Assembly (NCBI GenBank): GCA_050246755.1
Contig: JBFWVL010000001.1
Coordinates: 1,216,001 to 1,280,000, forward strand
Reading direction: 5' to 3'
Source: Bacteriovoracia bacterium
Lineage (GTDB): Bacteria; Bdellovibrionota; UBA1018; CAIPTA01
Length of the DNA stretch: 64,000 nt
Below, piece after piece: positions 39,879 through 49,125 of the stretch. Within the stretch, counting starts at the first letter, position 1, and the number at the start of each line of letters is the position of its first letter. A program made the translations under genes and the position numbers. The notes beneath the pieces were generated by a model. The model did no database searches and was not told the DNA's origin. It saw only the letters and a program-made list of their open reading frames with translations.

Positions 39879-40348
39879 CGTCTCACCTCGTAAGTACGAA
39901 TACGGGTGATGTCTTTATCGCTCTTCTGGCCGCCACCACGAAATACGGCGATTAAATCTTTCGTGCTCTCGGTAACGATTTCAAATTCTTTGGAATAGGA
40001 AAGGCTAGCCTCGGGACAGATCTCGATACAAACACCGCACGAAAAGCATTTTCCCAAATGAATATTGAATTCTTGCACGCGAATCGTACCGTCGCGCAGG
40101 TTCTCGGAAGTAAAATCAATTGCCTTCACCGGACAGGCCGGAACGCAAAGACCGCATCCACTGCACTTCGATAAATCATTGGTCACGTAGCCCTTATAGC
40201 TAGTGAACATGTCTAATGGGGCCTTGGCGGACACTAGGTCTGGATACTTTTCCACGACGCTTTTGTAACGATGCTTCGTACGGCGCAGAAAGCCGAAATT
40301 GATTTTCAGCGTGCTCTTGAGGGCGTTAATTACCTGCCTGACCTTCAT
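39875..40348 (-). CDS. NuoI-like 2[4Fe-4S] subunit
   Basis: EKYPD, CSGCGLCVPACP and CFSCGVCIEICP. ATG 40348 overlaps the upstream stop (ATGA). Confidence 0.88.
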   Translation of the reverse strand: MKVRQVINALKSTLKINFGFLRRTKHRYKSVVEKYPDLVSAKAPLDMFTSYKGYVTNDLSKCSGCGLCVPACPVKAIDFTSENLRDGTIRVQEFNIHLGKCFSCGVCIEICPEASLSYSKEFEIVTESTKDLIAVFRGGGQKSDKDITRIRTYEVRR

Positions 40349-41280
40349 CCGCGCACCCCCACCCAAACGGCTTCGAGAAAGAATCCGATGAGACATAGAC
40401 GCAATAGCCAGCGGGCCGCCAATTCACTGGCGTCGGCCGAGCGAATCTTAGGAAAACTAGCCTGCAGAAGGGTGAACACGAATATTCCGGCCGCCACTTT
40501 CAGCGGAAAGAGAACTTTCACGATGAGCCCGCTGGCCCCTCCGCAAAAAACGTATACCCAGAAACAAATCAAAGAGAATACCCACATTTTCTGCACGAAA
40601 ATCGTGATGTATTGCATCGAGTGATTGAGGCTCTGCTCATCTTGCAGCTGCACTGGACTTTCCGTGGCGAAAAGGAAAATGGAGCAGAAGGCGGTTATGC
40701 CGCAAAGGAAAAGACCCGGACTGCTCAGCAGCGCGTGATAGGGGAAATAAATCTGAAAATCCGAAATCGCGCTCAAGTTGAGCTGACCCACCCTTAGGGT
40801 TACGGCGAAAACCGATAGCAGCAATCCCGAAACTCCCATCGCCCGAAGCAAAAGCCGGCGGCGGCGGTCGAAACGCTCGCGTGAATCGGCGGTGGCATGC
40901 ACCAGCAGCGCCTCTAAAGCGGCCGCGATCATCGGAAAAAGCAGCAGGAGTGGAAGATCAATTTGATCGCCGCCCTCCGGGTAAGTTACCGCCAGCAAAG
41001 CCAGCAGGAATACTATGGGAAGAATTCGCCAAACCAAGGAGGCGAGACGTATCCGAAACGGCAGGGCCAATAAATCCGCCGGCTTCTTTTTCCGGGTTTT
41101 CTGAAAATCTTTCCAGACCTGAAAAAAATCCGTTTGCCCATGCCGGCCGGGCCCGTCGCGATGCTGCACGCGAGCAGCGACGAAGCGTTCGCAAAAAAGA
41201 AGGAAGAAGGTTCCCCCAAAGAGAAAGAGTAGCGAGCCCACGAGCGCCGCCCCGGCGAGCAAGAAATCTAGCGCACTCAT
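40345..41280 (-). CDS. Divergent NuoH-like subunit
   Basis: ERFVAARVQHRDGP, FFQVWKDFQK and SFPKIR match NuoH. The acidic TM5-6 loop is absent. Confidence 0.82.
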   Translation of the reverse strand: MSALDFLLAGAALVGSLLFLFGGTFFLLFCERFVAARVQHRDGPGRHGQTDFFQVWKDFQKTRKKKPADLLALPFRIRLASLVWRILPIVFLLALLAVTYPEGGDQIDLPLLLLFPMIAAALEALLVHATADSRERFDRRRRLLLRAMGVSGLLLSVFAVTLRVGQLNLSAISDFQIYFPYHALLSSPGLFLCGITAFCSIFLFATESPVQLQDEQSLNHSMQYITIFVQKMWVFSLICFWVYVFCGGASGLIVKVLFPLKVAAGIFVFTLLQASFPKIRSADASELAARWLLRLCLIGFFLEAVWVGVRG

Positions 41281-42380
41281 TTGTCTACCTCCGAAAAGGA
41301 GATATCGAGCGAATGAATCACGAGGAAAGCGTCTTCCGCGTGAATTCCGCGCAGCAGGCGCGGCAGCACCTGAACCGCCATAGCCGAAGGGCAGAAAAAA
41401 CTTACTTGCGACGGCTGCGAACGGCCATCGGATTCAACCATCGCGTAGATAGCTCCGCGAGGGCCCTCCACGCCACAAACTGCTTTTCCGGGCGCCGGGC
41501 GCACGTCTAGACCCACCCGGATGCGGTGGTTACCCGAAGGAATATGGCGAAATACGGATTCGATGAGCTGAGCCGACTGCAAAATTTCCCGCTTGCGAAT
41601 GTGTGCGCGGTCGAACGCGTCTCCCAGATAATTCCTCGAGGTGTCTAGCATCATCTCTGTGCCACGATAAGCGCCGTAGGGGCGCGAAACCCGAAGATCG
41701 CAGTCCGCTAAGCCGCTCGCACGCGCGTTAGGACCAGTAATATTCCAATTTTTAACCATCGCCGCATCTAACTGGCCCAAACCCCGGGTGCGCTTTTCGA
41801 AAAACGGGTGCGTAAGGAGGGAGCTTTCTAGATCCGGCAAAAATTCTCTTAAGCTGGCCACGGCTTTTTCGATTTTAAAAAACCATCCGTCGGTGGCGTC
41901 GCTGATCACTCCACCAAGGCAAATAGAGCCGAAACCAAGGCGCGAACCGCAATACATCTCAAATATATCCGCGAAGCGCTCGCGTTCCCGGAGGCAGTGA
42001 TTCATGATCGCAGCCTGCCCGGCAGCCCTGGCCAAATTTCCGTAGTAATGAAGATGGCTGGCAATTCGGTTGAGCTCGAGCAGAATTAGGCGAATCTGCT
42101 CAGACCGAGCCGAGATTTCTATGCGCAGCAAGTCTTCGCAGGCCGAGGCAAGAGCGAAATTGAAGGCCGGAGCCGCGAGATAATCGAGGCGATCCATGTA
42201 ATTTAGGGCTTGGGCTAAAGGTAGCTGCAATGCGATCGCTTCCAGGCTACGGCGTCCATAACCCACGGTCATCCGGGCGTCGGCCACTAAGCCACCGTCT
42301 TCTTCGAGCTTCAGCCCGAAAGCACCGATTCCCTGCGTTCCCGCAAGATACATAGGAGTATAATCTAAAGTGGTCGCCAC
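41277..42380 (-). CDS. Divergent NuoD-like subunit
   Basis: MDRLDY, IRLILLELNRIASHL, ERERF, CGSRL, TGPNARASG, EGPRG and SLDISFSEVDK. No NiFe CxxC motifs. Probable GTG start at 42380 after GAAAGGGA. Confidence 0.88.
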   Translation of the reverse strand: MATTLDYTPMYLAGTQGIGAFGLKLEEDGGLVADARMTVGYGRRSLEAIALQLPLAQALNYMDRLDYLAAPAFNFALASACEDLLRIEISARSEQIRLILLELNRIASHLHYYGNLARAAGQAAIMNHCLRERERFADIFEMYCGSRLGFGSICLGGVISDATDGWFFKIEKAVASLREFLPDLESSLLTHPFFEKRTRGLGQLDAAMVKNWNITGPNARASGLADCDLRVSRPYGAYRGTEMMLDTSRNYLGDAFDRAHIRKREILQSAQLIESVFRHIPSGNHRIRVGLDVRPAPGKAVCGVEGPRGAIYAMVESDGRSQPSQVSFFCPSAMAVQVLPRLLRGIHAEDAFLVIHSLDISFSEVDK

Positions 42381-42757
42381 GTGGCGTCCCTTTCTGGAAT
42401 CATGCCGGCGAACTCTACTCCGTTGAAAGTGCGTAGCTCTTCTTCCCACCAAAGACTAAACGGCCAGAGGGCGCTGGGGCGCGGAAAGGCCGAAGAAGGA
42501 GCAACTTCCAGAATAAAAAAGATCGGTTCATTTCCGCACGTAAGCAGCAGCTCGATGGAAAGATTCGTGCCCGCGCCGGCCGTCGATAACCCATGCAAAG
42601 CGGGGCGTTCGCCAGAGGGTAGCGCGCCCCAATGCTCGAGCAATTTTGCCAGCTCCGAAGTTCCCGCCTGGACGCGAGAAACTTTATCTCCGGCCGCAGG
42701 GGTGCCCGGCACCTTCACGATGCCTCCCCAAATATTTTTTTCTCCGCCTGATCTCAC
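42365..42757 (-). CDS. Divergent, C-terminally shortened NuoC-like subunit
   Basis: SALWPFSLWWEEELRTFNGVEFAG matches [27 protein letters not shown] overlap. Confidence 0.72.
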   Translation of the reverse strand: MRSGGEKNIWGGIVKVPGTPAAGDKVSRVQAGTSELAKLLEHWGALPSGERPALHGLSTAGAGTNLSIELLLTCGNEPIFFILEVAPSSAFPRPSALWPFSLWWEEELRTFNGVEFAGMIPERDATWRPL

Positions 42758-43203
42758 GACGCGGACCTCCGGATTTTTTCCTGCAATTTAATCAGCGCAT
42801 GAATCAATGACTCCGGTCGTGGAGGACAGCCCGGAATAAAAAGATCCACGGGAATTATGGCCTCGAGACCCGGGATACGATGTTTTCCTTCGGCCGAAAA
42901 CATTCCACCGGTGCTGGCGCAACTGCCAACGGCCACCACGAATTTTGGATCGCGCATCTCGGCGTAAATCTTTTTCAGTTCTTCGGCAATGCCGGGAGTT
43001 ACCGGGCCTGAAACAAAGAGCACATCGGCGTTACGATGATCGGTCACAATCCGGCAACCGAGCCTCTCCCAATCGAATCTCGGTCCGGAAGCAGCTTCCA
43101 CTTCCAGGGTACAGCAAGAAAGCCCCACATGATAAACCCATAACGAATCCGCGAGCGCGGATTTTGGCTGAGAGGGAGCGGATTCTTTTTGGATCTCCAT
43201 CAT
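42754..43203 (-). CDS. NuoB-like N2 [4Fe-4S] subunit
   Basis: SLW..GLSCCTLE, RFDWERLG, PKFVVAVGSCASTGG and PVDLFIPGCPPRPE. Confidence 0.92.
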   Translation of the reverse strand: MMEIQKESAPSQPKSALADSLWVYHVGLSCCTLEVEAASGPRFDWERLGCRIVTDHRNADVLFVSGPVTPGIAEELKKIYAEMRDPKFVVAVGSCASTGGMFSAEGKHRIPGLEAIIPVDLFIPGCPPRPESLIHALIKLQEKIRRSAS

Positions 43204-43577
43204 TGGTTTTCCTTATCGGGCCACTCGAGATTGTCTATCCACTTCAGGTAGCTTTTACGGCCGCCGTACCAAAGTAGGGCCAGCATCAACGCGGGAAAAA
43301 TCAAAACCTTTCCCATCACCAGCCAGCGGTCGTGCATTTCGAGGGAAACTATTTTTTGCCGGTACGAAGCCCACATCGGCAAAGAGAGTGCGATTCCGCA
43401 CCAGAGCATTAGCAGCCAAAGAACGTGATAGAATGAACGGAACGCACCTTCCGGGGCGCCGTTCCCTGGCTCACGAATTCCCTGAACCTTTTCGAGACGA
43501 TCCCATAGCACGAGCACCAAAATGGCCACAAAAAGCAGCACTGCTGGAATTAAAAAGAGGAGAAATCTAGAATACAT
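43200..43577 (-). CDS. Divergent NuoA-like subunit
   Basis: Three TMs with SFYHV..LPMW and WYGGRKSYLKW (cf. YEWRRGGLEW). ATG 43577 gives 125 aa; alternative starts at 43616 and 43622. Confidence 0.72.
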   Translation of the reverse strand: MYSRFLLFLIPAVLLFVAILVLVLWDRLEKVQGIREPGNGAPEGAFRSFYHVLWLLMLWCGIALSLPMWASYRQKIVSLEMHDRWLVMGKVLIFPALMLALLWYGGRKSYLKWIDNLEWPDKENQ

Positions 43578-43679
43578 CTGCCGTCCTTGAGTTTCAGTGC
43601 CTCTTCCCACAGCCATATTCACCCGGCGGCAATGCCGATCCGGATCCTTGAAATGCCTAATGTGAGAACTGACCTAGGA

Positions 43680-43708
43680 AGCGTAAGAACTTTGCAGGAA
43701 CGTGTCAA
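43680..43708 (-). promoter_or_regulatory. sigma70-type promoter driving the divergent nuo-like cluster
   Basis: Minus strand TTGACA (43708-43703)-N17-TACGCT (43685-43680) in the divergent gap with mfd. Confidence 0.62.
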
Positions 43709-43736
43709 GAATTATGCTGTAATATGGGATAGTTAG

Positions 43737-46700
43737 ATGTCGCAATCCGCCGGTAAAAAACAGTCCGCAGTTTCGCTCAACGGGCTTTCCCCGGCGGCCT
43801 TCGCTTATCTGCTTCCGGAACTTCTGAGCGAAGGCAATGAATTGCGGGCAGTTGTGCTCGTAAGCGATGAGAGCGCGGCGGACCAAGTTGCGGAAGATAT
43901 CGCTTTTTTTGCGGACTTTCGGGGCGGTGCGTGGAAACACACTTCCTTGTTACGTTTGGGGGGGTGGGAGCAAAGCCCTTACCGAAACCTCCAGCCCGGT
44001 CTTTCCGCCCGGCTCGATCGCATCAAAGCGAGTCACTTTCTCGTTTCACCCAGCTCCAACCGAAACTGGATTCTGGTCAGCTCCGCCCGTTCATTTCTTC
44101 AGGCCGCCGCCACCCGCGAGCATTTAACCGAAACGGTTCAAGTGGGTAAGGGCATCGCTATTCATCCGGAAACCTTAGCCGCCCAACTTACTAAAATAGG
44201 CTACACGAAAACCGAAAACGTAGAAGATCCCGGAAACTTCAGCGTGAGGGGCGGGATCGTGGATGTATTTCCCCCTTCGCTGGAAAATCCCGTGCGCCTT
44301 GAATTCTTCGATGAGGAAATCGAGTCCGTTCGCATATTCAATCCCGAAACTCAACGCAGCGTGCGCCTGCTTTCCGAAAAAGAAACCGTAGAACTGATCC
44401 CGGTACGCGAGTTCACCTGCGATCCCCTGAGCCTCGCCGCGGCCAGAGAAACGATCAAGGAATGGTGTGATCAGCACGATCTCCCGCGGGCGGCAAGGGA
44501 AAGAATAGGCCTATTGCTGAGCCAAGGCGTGGCCACGCCCGAAATGGATTATTTGCTGCCCTTTTTCCGGAACGAGCAAACCTGGCCGGTCCAGCTTTTA
44601 CCTCCCGGCGTAACCCTTTGCATTTTCGAGCCAGAAATCTTCCGCGAAACCGTGGCGGCCTGGCGGGAAAAAGAAGAAGAACTATATAAGAACAGTTTAG
44701 ATAGGCAGCAGGTAGTTCCCGAGCCCGATCGATTGTTCATGCCGCTCAACACCGCGCTCGCCCCGGAACGCTGGAATAAAATTATGGAAACCCGCGAGCT
44801 CGCCCTCGGCGAAGGTTCGCCGCGCTTCGAGCGCATCCGGCTGGGATCCAAGAAAAAAGCCACCGACATGCCGGGCCTCATGCGCACCCTCACAAGTATG
44901 CGGGAGCGCGGCACCACCACGGTTATAGTGGCGAATTCTCAGTCGCAGCTCGATCGCGTACTTTTCCTGCTCAATCAAAGTAAAGTGCGCGCGGTGGCGG
45001 TGAAGGGTGAATTCGACCTGCCGAAAGATCCCTCGATCGTAGCCCTTGCGCTCGGCCAGCTCTCCGAGAGTTTTCACCTCCTCGAGAAAAAAATCGCTTT
45101 CCTTTCCGAAGACGAGATCTTCGGTGAAAAACAGCATATTCACCGGCCGGGACGTAAGCGTTCCGCGGCGCCCACCGTTACGATGGACGATCTCGTAGCG
45201 GGCGATATGGTGGTGCATATCGAGCACGGAATCGGACGTTACGTGGGGCTGGCGCGGGTAAAAGCGCTGGGCAATGAGGGCGATTTCGTTCAGCTGGAAT
45301 ATGCCGACGGCGATAAGCTTTATATTCCGGTTTACCGCCTCGAAGGCCTTTCCCGCTACGTGGGAACATCGGGCGAAAACGCATCGCTCGACCGCCTTGG
45401 CTCAGGCTCTTTCGCAAAAACGAAAGATAAAGTAAAAGCCGCGATCAAAGACATCGCCCAGGACTTGCTACGGGTACAGGCTGAGCGCGAGCTCCGCGAG
45501 GGTTACGCCTTTTCCTCTCCCGACGACGAATATCGCCGCTTTGAAGCCGAATTCCCTTTCGACGAAACGCCGGACCAGGCCAAAGCCATTCAGGAAACTA
45601 TCGATGATATGACCGAAGGAAAGCCCATGGATCGTCTCGTATGCGGCGACGTGGGTTTTGGAAAAACGGAAGTGGCCATCCGGGCGGCGTTCAAGGCCGC
45701 CCAGGATGGGAAGCAGGTGGCGGTGCTGGTGCCCACCACGATCCTCGCCGAGCAGCACTACCTCACGTTCAGTCAAAGAATTTCTTCTTACCCCTTTAAG
45801 ATCGCAAGTCTCTCTCGCTTCAAAACGCGCAAAGAACAAGCCGAGATCCTAGAAAATCTGGCGGCCGGAAAAATAGACATCGCGATCGGAACGCATCGTT
45901 TGCTTTCCAAAGACGTAAAATTTAAAGAGCTCGGCCTCGTGATCATCGACGAAGAACAGCGCTTCGGCGTGGAGCACAAGGAAAAATTAAAACAACTGAA
46001 GGCTACGACCGACGTGCTCACGCTCACGGCCACGCCCATTCCCCGCACCCTGCAGATGTCGCTGATGGGCTTAAAAGACGTGAGCATCATCCGCACCCCG
46101 CCGGGCGATCGCCTTTCTATCAAAACCCACCTCGCTACTTTCGATCACGAACTGATCCGCGACGCGATTCGCACCGAGCTCAGCCGGGGCGGGCAAGTTT
46201 TTTTCATCCATAATCGCATACAAACCATTGGAAAAATGGAAGAGTTGCTTCAGCGGCTGGTGCCCGAGGCGAAATTCGTAGTGGCGCATGGCCAGATGGC
46301 CGAGGGACAGCTCGAGCGGGCCATGATCGGCTTTTATCAGAAAAAGTTCGACGTGCTGATCGCTACCGCCATTATCGAAAATGGTCTCGACGTGCCCAAC
46401 GCGAACACGCTGATAGTAAATCGTGCCGATACCTTCGGCCTCTCGCAACTTTACCAAATCCGGGGCCGCGTGGGCCGCTCCCAGACGCGAGCCCATGCGT
46501 ATTTTCTGCTGCCCGAAAATGCATCGGTCAGCGACGAGGCCCGCGAGCGATTGTCGGTACTGCAGCGATTCGTGGAACTGGGTAGCGGCTATATGATCGC
46601 CACGCACGATCTAGAAATCCGGGGCGGGGGCGATGTTCTTGGCCAGGCTCAGTCCGGCCACATCGCGGCCGTGGGTTATGAAATGTATATCGAATTGCTG

Positions 46701-47186
46701 CAGGAGGAAGTGCAGCGGCTGAAGGGTGAAAAAATCGCGGAGCCACTCGCCGAGGTGGAGATCAACGTTCCCTTCTACGCCGTTCTTCCCGATAACTATG
46801 TTCCCGACATGAAAGCTCGACTGGCTCTTTATCGTCGTCTCTCCGCGATGCGCACCGAAGAGCAGACCGACGATGCCCGCAAAGAACTCGAAGATCGATA
46901 CGGGCTTTTGCCAAAAGAGACCGAGGAATTACTCTGCGTGCTCCGCCTCAAGGTTCTGATGCGCCGGATGGGCCTGAAAACTCTTTCGCTCGGACCCAAA
47001 GGCATGAGCTTAACACCAGGTAAGGATCCTATTTTCGAGCCAGCGCTCATTCTGCAGCTCGTTCACACGCAACCGAAAGAGTACTCGATTCTTCCCGACG
47101 GAAAGTTTGTGATTCAGGGAAGTTTTCGTTCAGCGTCCGAGCTATATGATCGGTTGCGTCAAATGCTGAACAGCTGCACGCAGTGA
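43737..47186 (+). CDS. mfd: Transcription-repair coupling factor
   Basis: FSVRGGIVDVFP, CarD-like VVHIEHGIGRY, CGDVGFGKTEVA, IDEEQRFGV, TATPIPRTL, QIRGRVGRS and a TRCF C-terminus. Confidence 0.98.
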   Translation: MSQSAGKKQSAVSLNGLSPAAFAYLLPELLSEGNELRAVVLVSDESAADQVAEDIAFFADFRGGAWKHTSLLRLGGWEQSPYRNLQPGLSARLDRIKASHFLVSPSSNRNWILVSSARSFLQAAATREHLTETVQVGKGIAIHPETLAAQLTKIGYTKTENVEDPGNFSVRGGIVDVFPPSLENPVRLEFFDEEIESVRIFNPETQRSVRLLSEKETVELIPVREFTCDPLSLAAARETIKEWCDQHDLPRAARERIGLLLSQGVATPEMDYLLPFFRNEQTWPVQLLPPGVTLCIFEPEIFRETVAAWREKEEELYKNSLDRQQVVPEPDRLFMPLNTALAPERWNKIMETRELALGEGSPRFERIRLGSKKKATDMPGLMRTLTSMRERGTTTVIVANSQSQLDRVLFLLNQSKVRAVAVKGEFDLPKDPSIVALALGQLSESFHLLEKKIAFLSEDEIFGEKQHIHRPGRKRSAAPTVTMDDLVAGDMVVHIEHGIGRYVGLARVKALGNEGDFVQLEYADGDKLYIPVYRLEGLSRYVGTSGENASLDRLGSGSFAKTKDKVKAAIKDIAQDLLRVQAERELREGYAFSSPDDEYRRFEAEFPFDETPDQAKAIQETIDDMTEGKPMDRLVCGDVGFGKTEVAIRAAFKAAQDGKQVAVLVPTTILAEQHYLTFSQRISSYPFKIASLSRFKTRKEQAEILENLAAGKIDIAIGTHRLLSKDVKFKELGLVIIDEEQRFGVEHKEKLKQLKATTDVLTLTATPIPRTLQMSLMGLKDVSIIRTPPGDRLSIKTHLATFDHELIRDAIRTELSRGGQVFFIHNRIQTIGKMEELLQRLVPEAKFVVAHGQMAEGQLERAMIGFYQKKFDVLIATAIIENGLDVPNANTLIVNRADTFGLSQLYQIRGRVGRSQTRAHAYFLLPENASVSDEARERLSVLQRFVELGSGYMIATHDLEIRGGGDVLGQAQSGHIAAVGYEMYIELLQEEVQRLKGEKIAEPLAEVEINVPFYAVLPDNYVPDMKARLALYRRLSAMRTEEQTDDARKELEDRYGLLPKETEELLCVLRLKVLMRRMGLKTLSLGPKGMSLTPGKDPIFEPALILQLVHTQPKEYSILPDGKFVIQGSFRSASELYDRLRQMLNSCTQ

Positions 47187-47192
47187 ATCATC

Positions 47193-47221
47193 TTGACCGC
47201 TCCGCGCCGGGAAGCAATAAT
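47193..47221 (+). promoter_or_regulatory. Possible sigma70 promoter for the foldase genes
   Basis: TTGACC-N17-AATAAT followed by an AT-rich tract. Confidence 0.35.
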
Positions 47222-47253
47222 TTAATTAAATTGAAGCGATACGAATCGCAAGG

Positions 47254-48108
47254 ATGCGAGGGATAAGGGGAATACGTATGCTGAACGGGTTAAAATTAGT
47301 AGGTTTCTTTGCCGCCATCTTAATTGCCTCGGCATCTCAGGCCGCGCTCGACAAAGAAACAGTTGCCGACGTGAATGGGAAAAAGATCACGAAGGAAGAC
47401 TTCGATCGCCGCTACAAAGAAAACGTCTCCTACTTTAATTATACCGAGCCCACAAAGGCTAACGTGCTTGATTCCATCATCAAGTTCGAAATCGCCGTGC
47501 AGGAAGCGAAGCGCCTAGGTCTCGATAAAGATCCACAGGTGCAAGAGCGCATGAACGCGGTTCTTTACCAGTCTCTCGTGGACAAACAACTTTCGGAAAA
47601 ATTCAAAGGCGCGGTGGATATCTCGGAAAAAGAAGCCCGTGACTATTGCGGACGCAACCCCGCCATCCGCATTAGCCACGTTTACGTAGCCCTCAAGCCA
47701 ACGGCACTGAAGAGCGAAGAAGCGGCTGCCCGGAAGCGCCTGCAAGATGCCCAAGCTGCCCTTGCCAAAGGGGAAAAGTTCGAGCAAGTAGTGGCCAAAT
47801 ATTCCGAAGGCTATAGCGCTCCCGCGGGCGGAGATACCGGCTTTGTGACCAAGATGCAGATTGATCCTACGATCTACATGGAAGCTCGCAAGCTAAGCGT
47901 AGGCCAAATCGCGAAGAATCCCATCCGTTCTCAGCTGGGTTTGCATATCGTAAAACTTACTGGCATTCAGGACTGCAAAGGAATCAACATTCCCGAGTGG
48001 CAGCGTATGGTTTTTGACGAGAAGCGTGTAAAAATCCTGGATAACTACCTTTCTTCTCTGCGCTCGAAATCGAAAATTTCCGTCAACGAGGAACTGATCA
48101 AAGAATAA
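47254..48108 (+). CDS. Exported PpiC/parvulin-type peptidyl-prolyl isomerase (PrsA/SurA-like)
   Basis: Signal peptide, VADVNGKKIT, ISHVYV, FEQVVAKYSE, GGDTGF and SQLGLHIVKL. Start may be ATG 47278. Confidence 0.87.
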   Translation: MRGIRGIRMLNGLKLVGFFAAILIASASQAALDKETVADVNGKKITKEDFDRRYKENVSYFNYTEPTKANVLDSIIKFEIAVQEAKRLGLDKDPQVQERMNAVLYQSLVDKQLSEKFKGAVDISEKEARDYCGRNPAIRISHVYVALKPTALKSEEAAARKRLQDAQAALAKGEKFEQVVAKYSEGYSAPAGGDTGFVTKMQIDPTIYMEARKLSVGQIAKNPIRSQLGLHIVKLTGIQDCKGINIPEWQRMVFDEKRVKILDNYLSSLRSKSKISVNEELIKE

Positions 48109-48148
48109 ATCTCTAGCTCTGCCTAGAGGACGGGAGTAGAACTTTTGC

Positions 48149-49075
48149 ATGCATAAGTTCACTCCCGTTTTTCTTTTTCTCCTCTTCTTCACAATCAACT
48201 CCGTGCACGCCCGCATAATTGATCGCACTCTCGCCCTCGTGAATGCCGAAGTGGTGCTGCAGTCGGACTTAACCGCCTTCCGCAAAGCTTTCCCCCTTCG
48301 CCGAGAAATCGACCCCTTCATTCAGCTCCTAGAATTCCCTTCGGATTCTACTCCCAAGCAAGCACTCGATTACCTGGTGCAAGAACGCCTGGTATTACAA
48401 AAATTTCCCGCCACCGAGGATGAAATTGAAGAGGAGATCAATGCCGTTCAGCGCAATAACCGCATCGACCGCGATCGGCTTAAGGAAGTTTTAGGCTCTC
48501 AAGGTGTAAAGTTCGACGATTACCGTCGCCTCATGTCGGTGAGCGTTTCTAAACGCAAATTGATCGAACGCGAGCTGCGCCCACTCGCCGCCGTTTCCGA
48601 TGAAGACGTAAAAAACTTTTATTATACCGATTCCGCCTTCTTGGCCCGGCGCAAAGAGCAAAAGCTGGTGCTCACCTATACGCTCCAACAGCTCCTCTTG
48701 CCCAGCGCGGAAATTGCCGAATCAGCGCAAAAGCGCCTACGCAGCGGCAGCGACTTCGACACCGTGGCCTCGGATTTAGCCAGTAAAGGAGTAGAATCAT
48801 CCCGACTGGCTGGCATTTCCGAAGAGAACATGAACAGCAAAATTCGTGAATCCATTCAGGGCCTGAAAGTGGGCGAAACGACCAAAACGCTTTCCGCCGG
48901 TTCCGGGTATATGATCCTGCGCATTCAGGAAATCGGCGCCCCTAAAGATCCCGTGTTCGAGGGGGAAAAGGAAAAAATCCGCGGGGCCCTCTTCCAAAAG
49001 GGTTTACTCAGCCAACTCAAGCTATGGTCGGAGCGCGAACGCAATTCTTCCTACGTGCACCTCTCGCAAAACTAG
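48149..49075 (+). CDS. SurA-like periplasmic chaperone
   Basis: Signal peptide followed by IIDRTLALVNAEVVLQSD (SurA N-domain) and a degenerate parvulin domain. Confidence 0.8.
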   Translation: MHKFTPVFLFLLFFTINSVHARIIDRTLALVNAEVVLQSDLTAFRKAFPLRREIDPFIQLLEFPSDSTPKQALDYLVQERLVLQKFPATEDEIEEEINAVQRNNRIDRDRLKEVLGSQGVKFDDYRRLMSVSVSKRKLIERELRPLAAVSDEDVKNFYYTDSAFLARRKEQKLVLTYTLQQLLLPSAEIAESAQKRLRSGSDFDTVASDLASKGVESSRLAGISEENMNSKIRESIQGLKVGETTKTLSAGSGYMILRIQEIGAPKDPVFEGEKEKIRGALFQKGLLSQLKLWSERERNSSYVHLSQN

Positions 49076-49125
49076 CCTCTGCGCTTAGGCTTCCTTCCCC
49101 GGCATGATATCCTTTACTAAGGAAA

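Noticed and set aside
41277-42380. Group 4 [NiFe]-hydrogenase (Ech/Hyc/Hyf/Mbh) large subunit
   Set aside because: No N-terminal RxCxxC or C-terminal DPCxxC. It has DRLDY and ends EVDK like NuoD, and the cluster includes a NuoA-like gene in nuo order.
33042-43577. Pseudogenised recent duplicate of the adjacent nuo operon, or an Mrp antiporter operon
   Set aside because: All ORFs are intact and coupled, very divergent from the neighbours and differ in composition (no EFG, extra M). No MrpE/F/G-like genes were seen.
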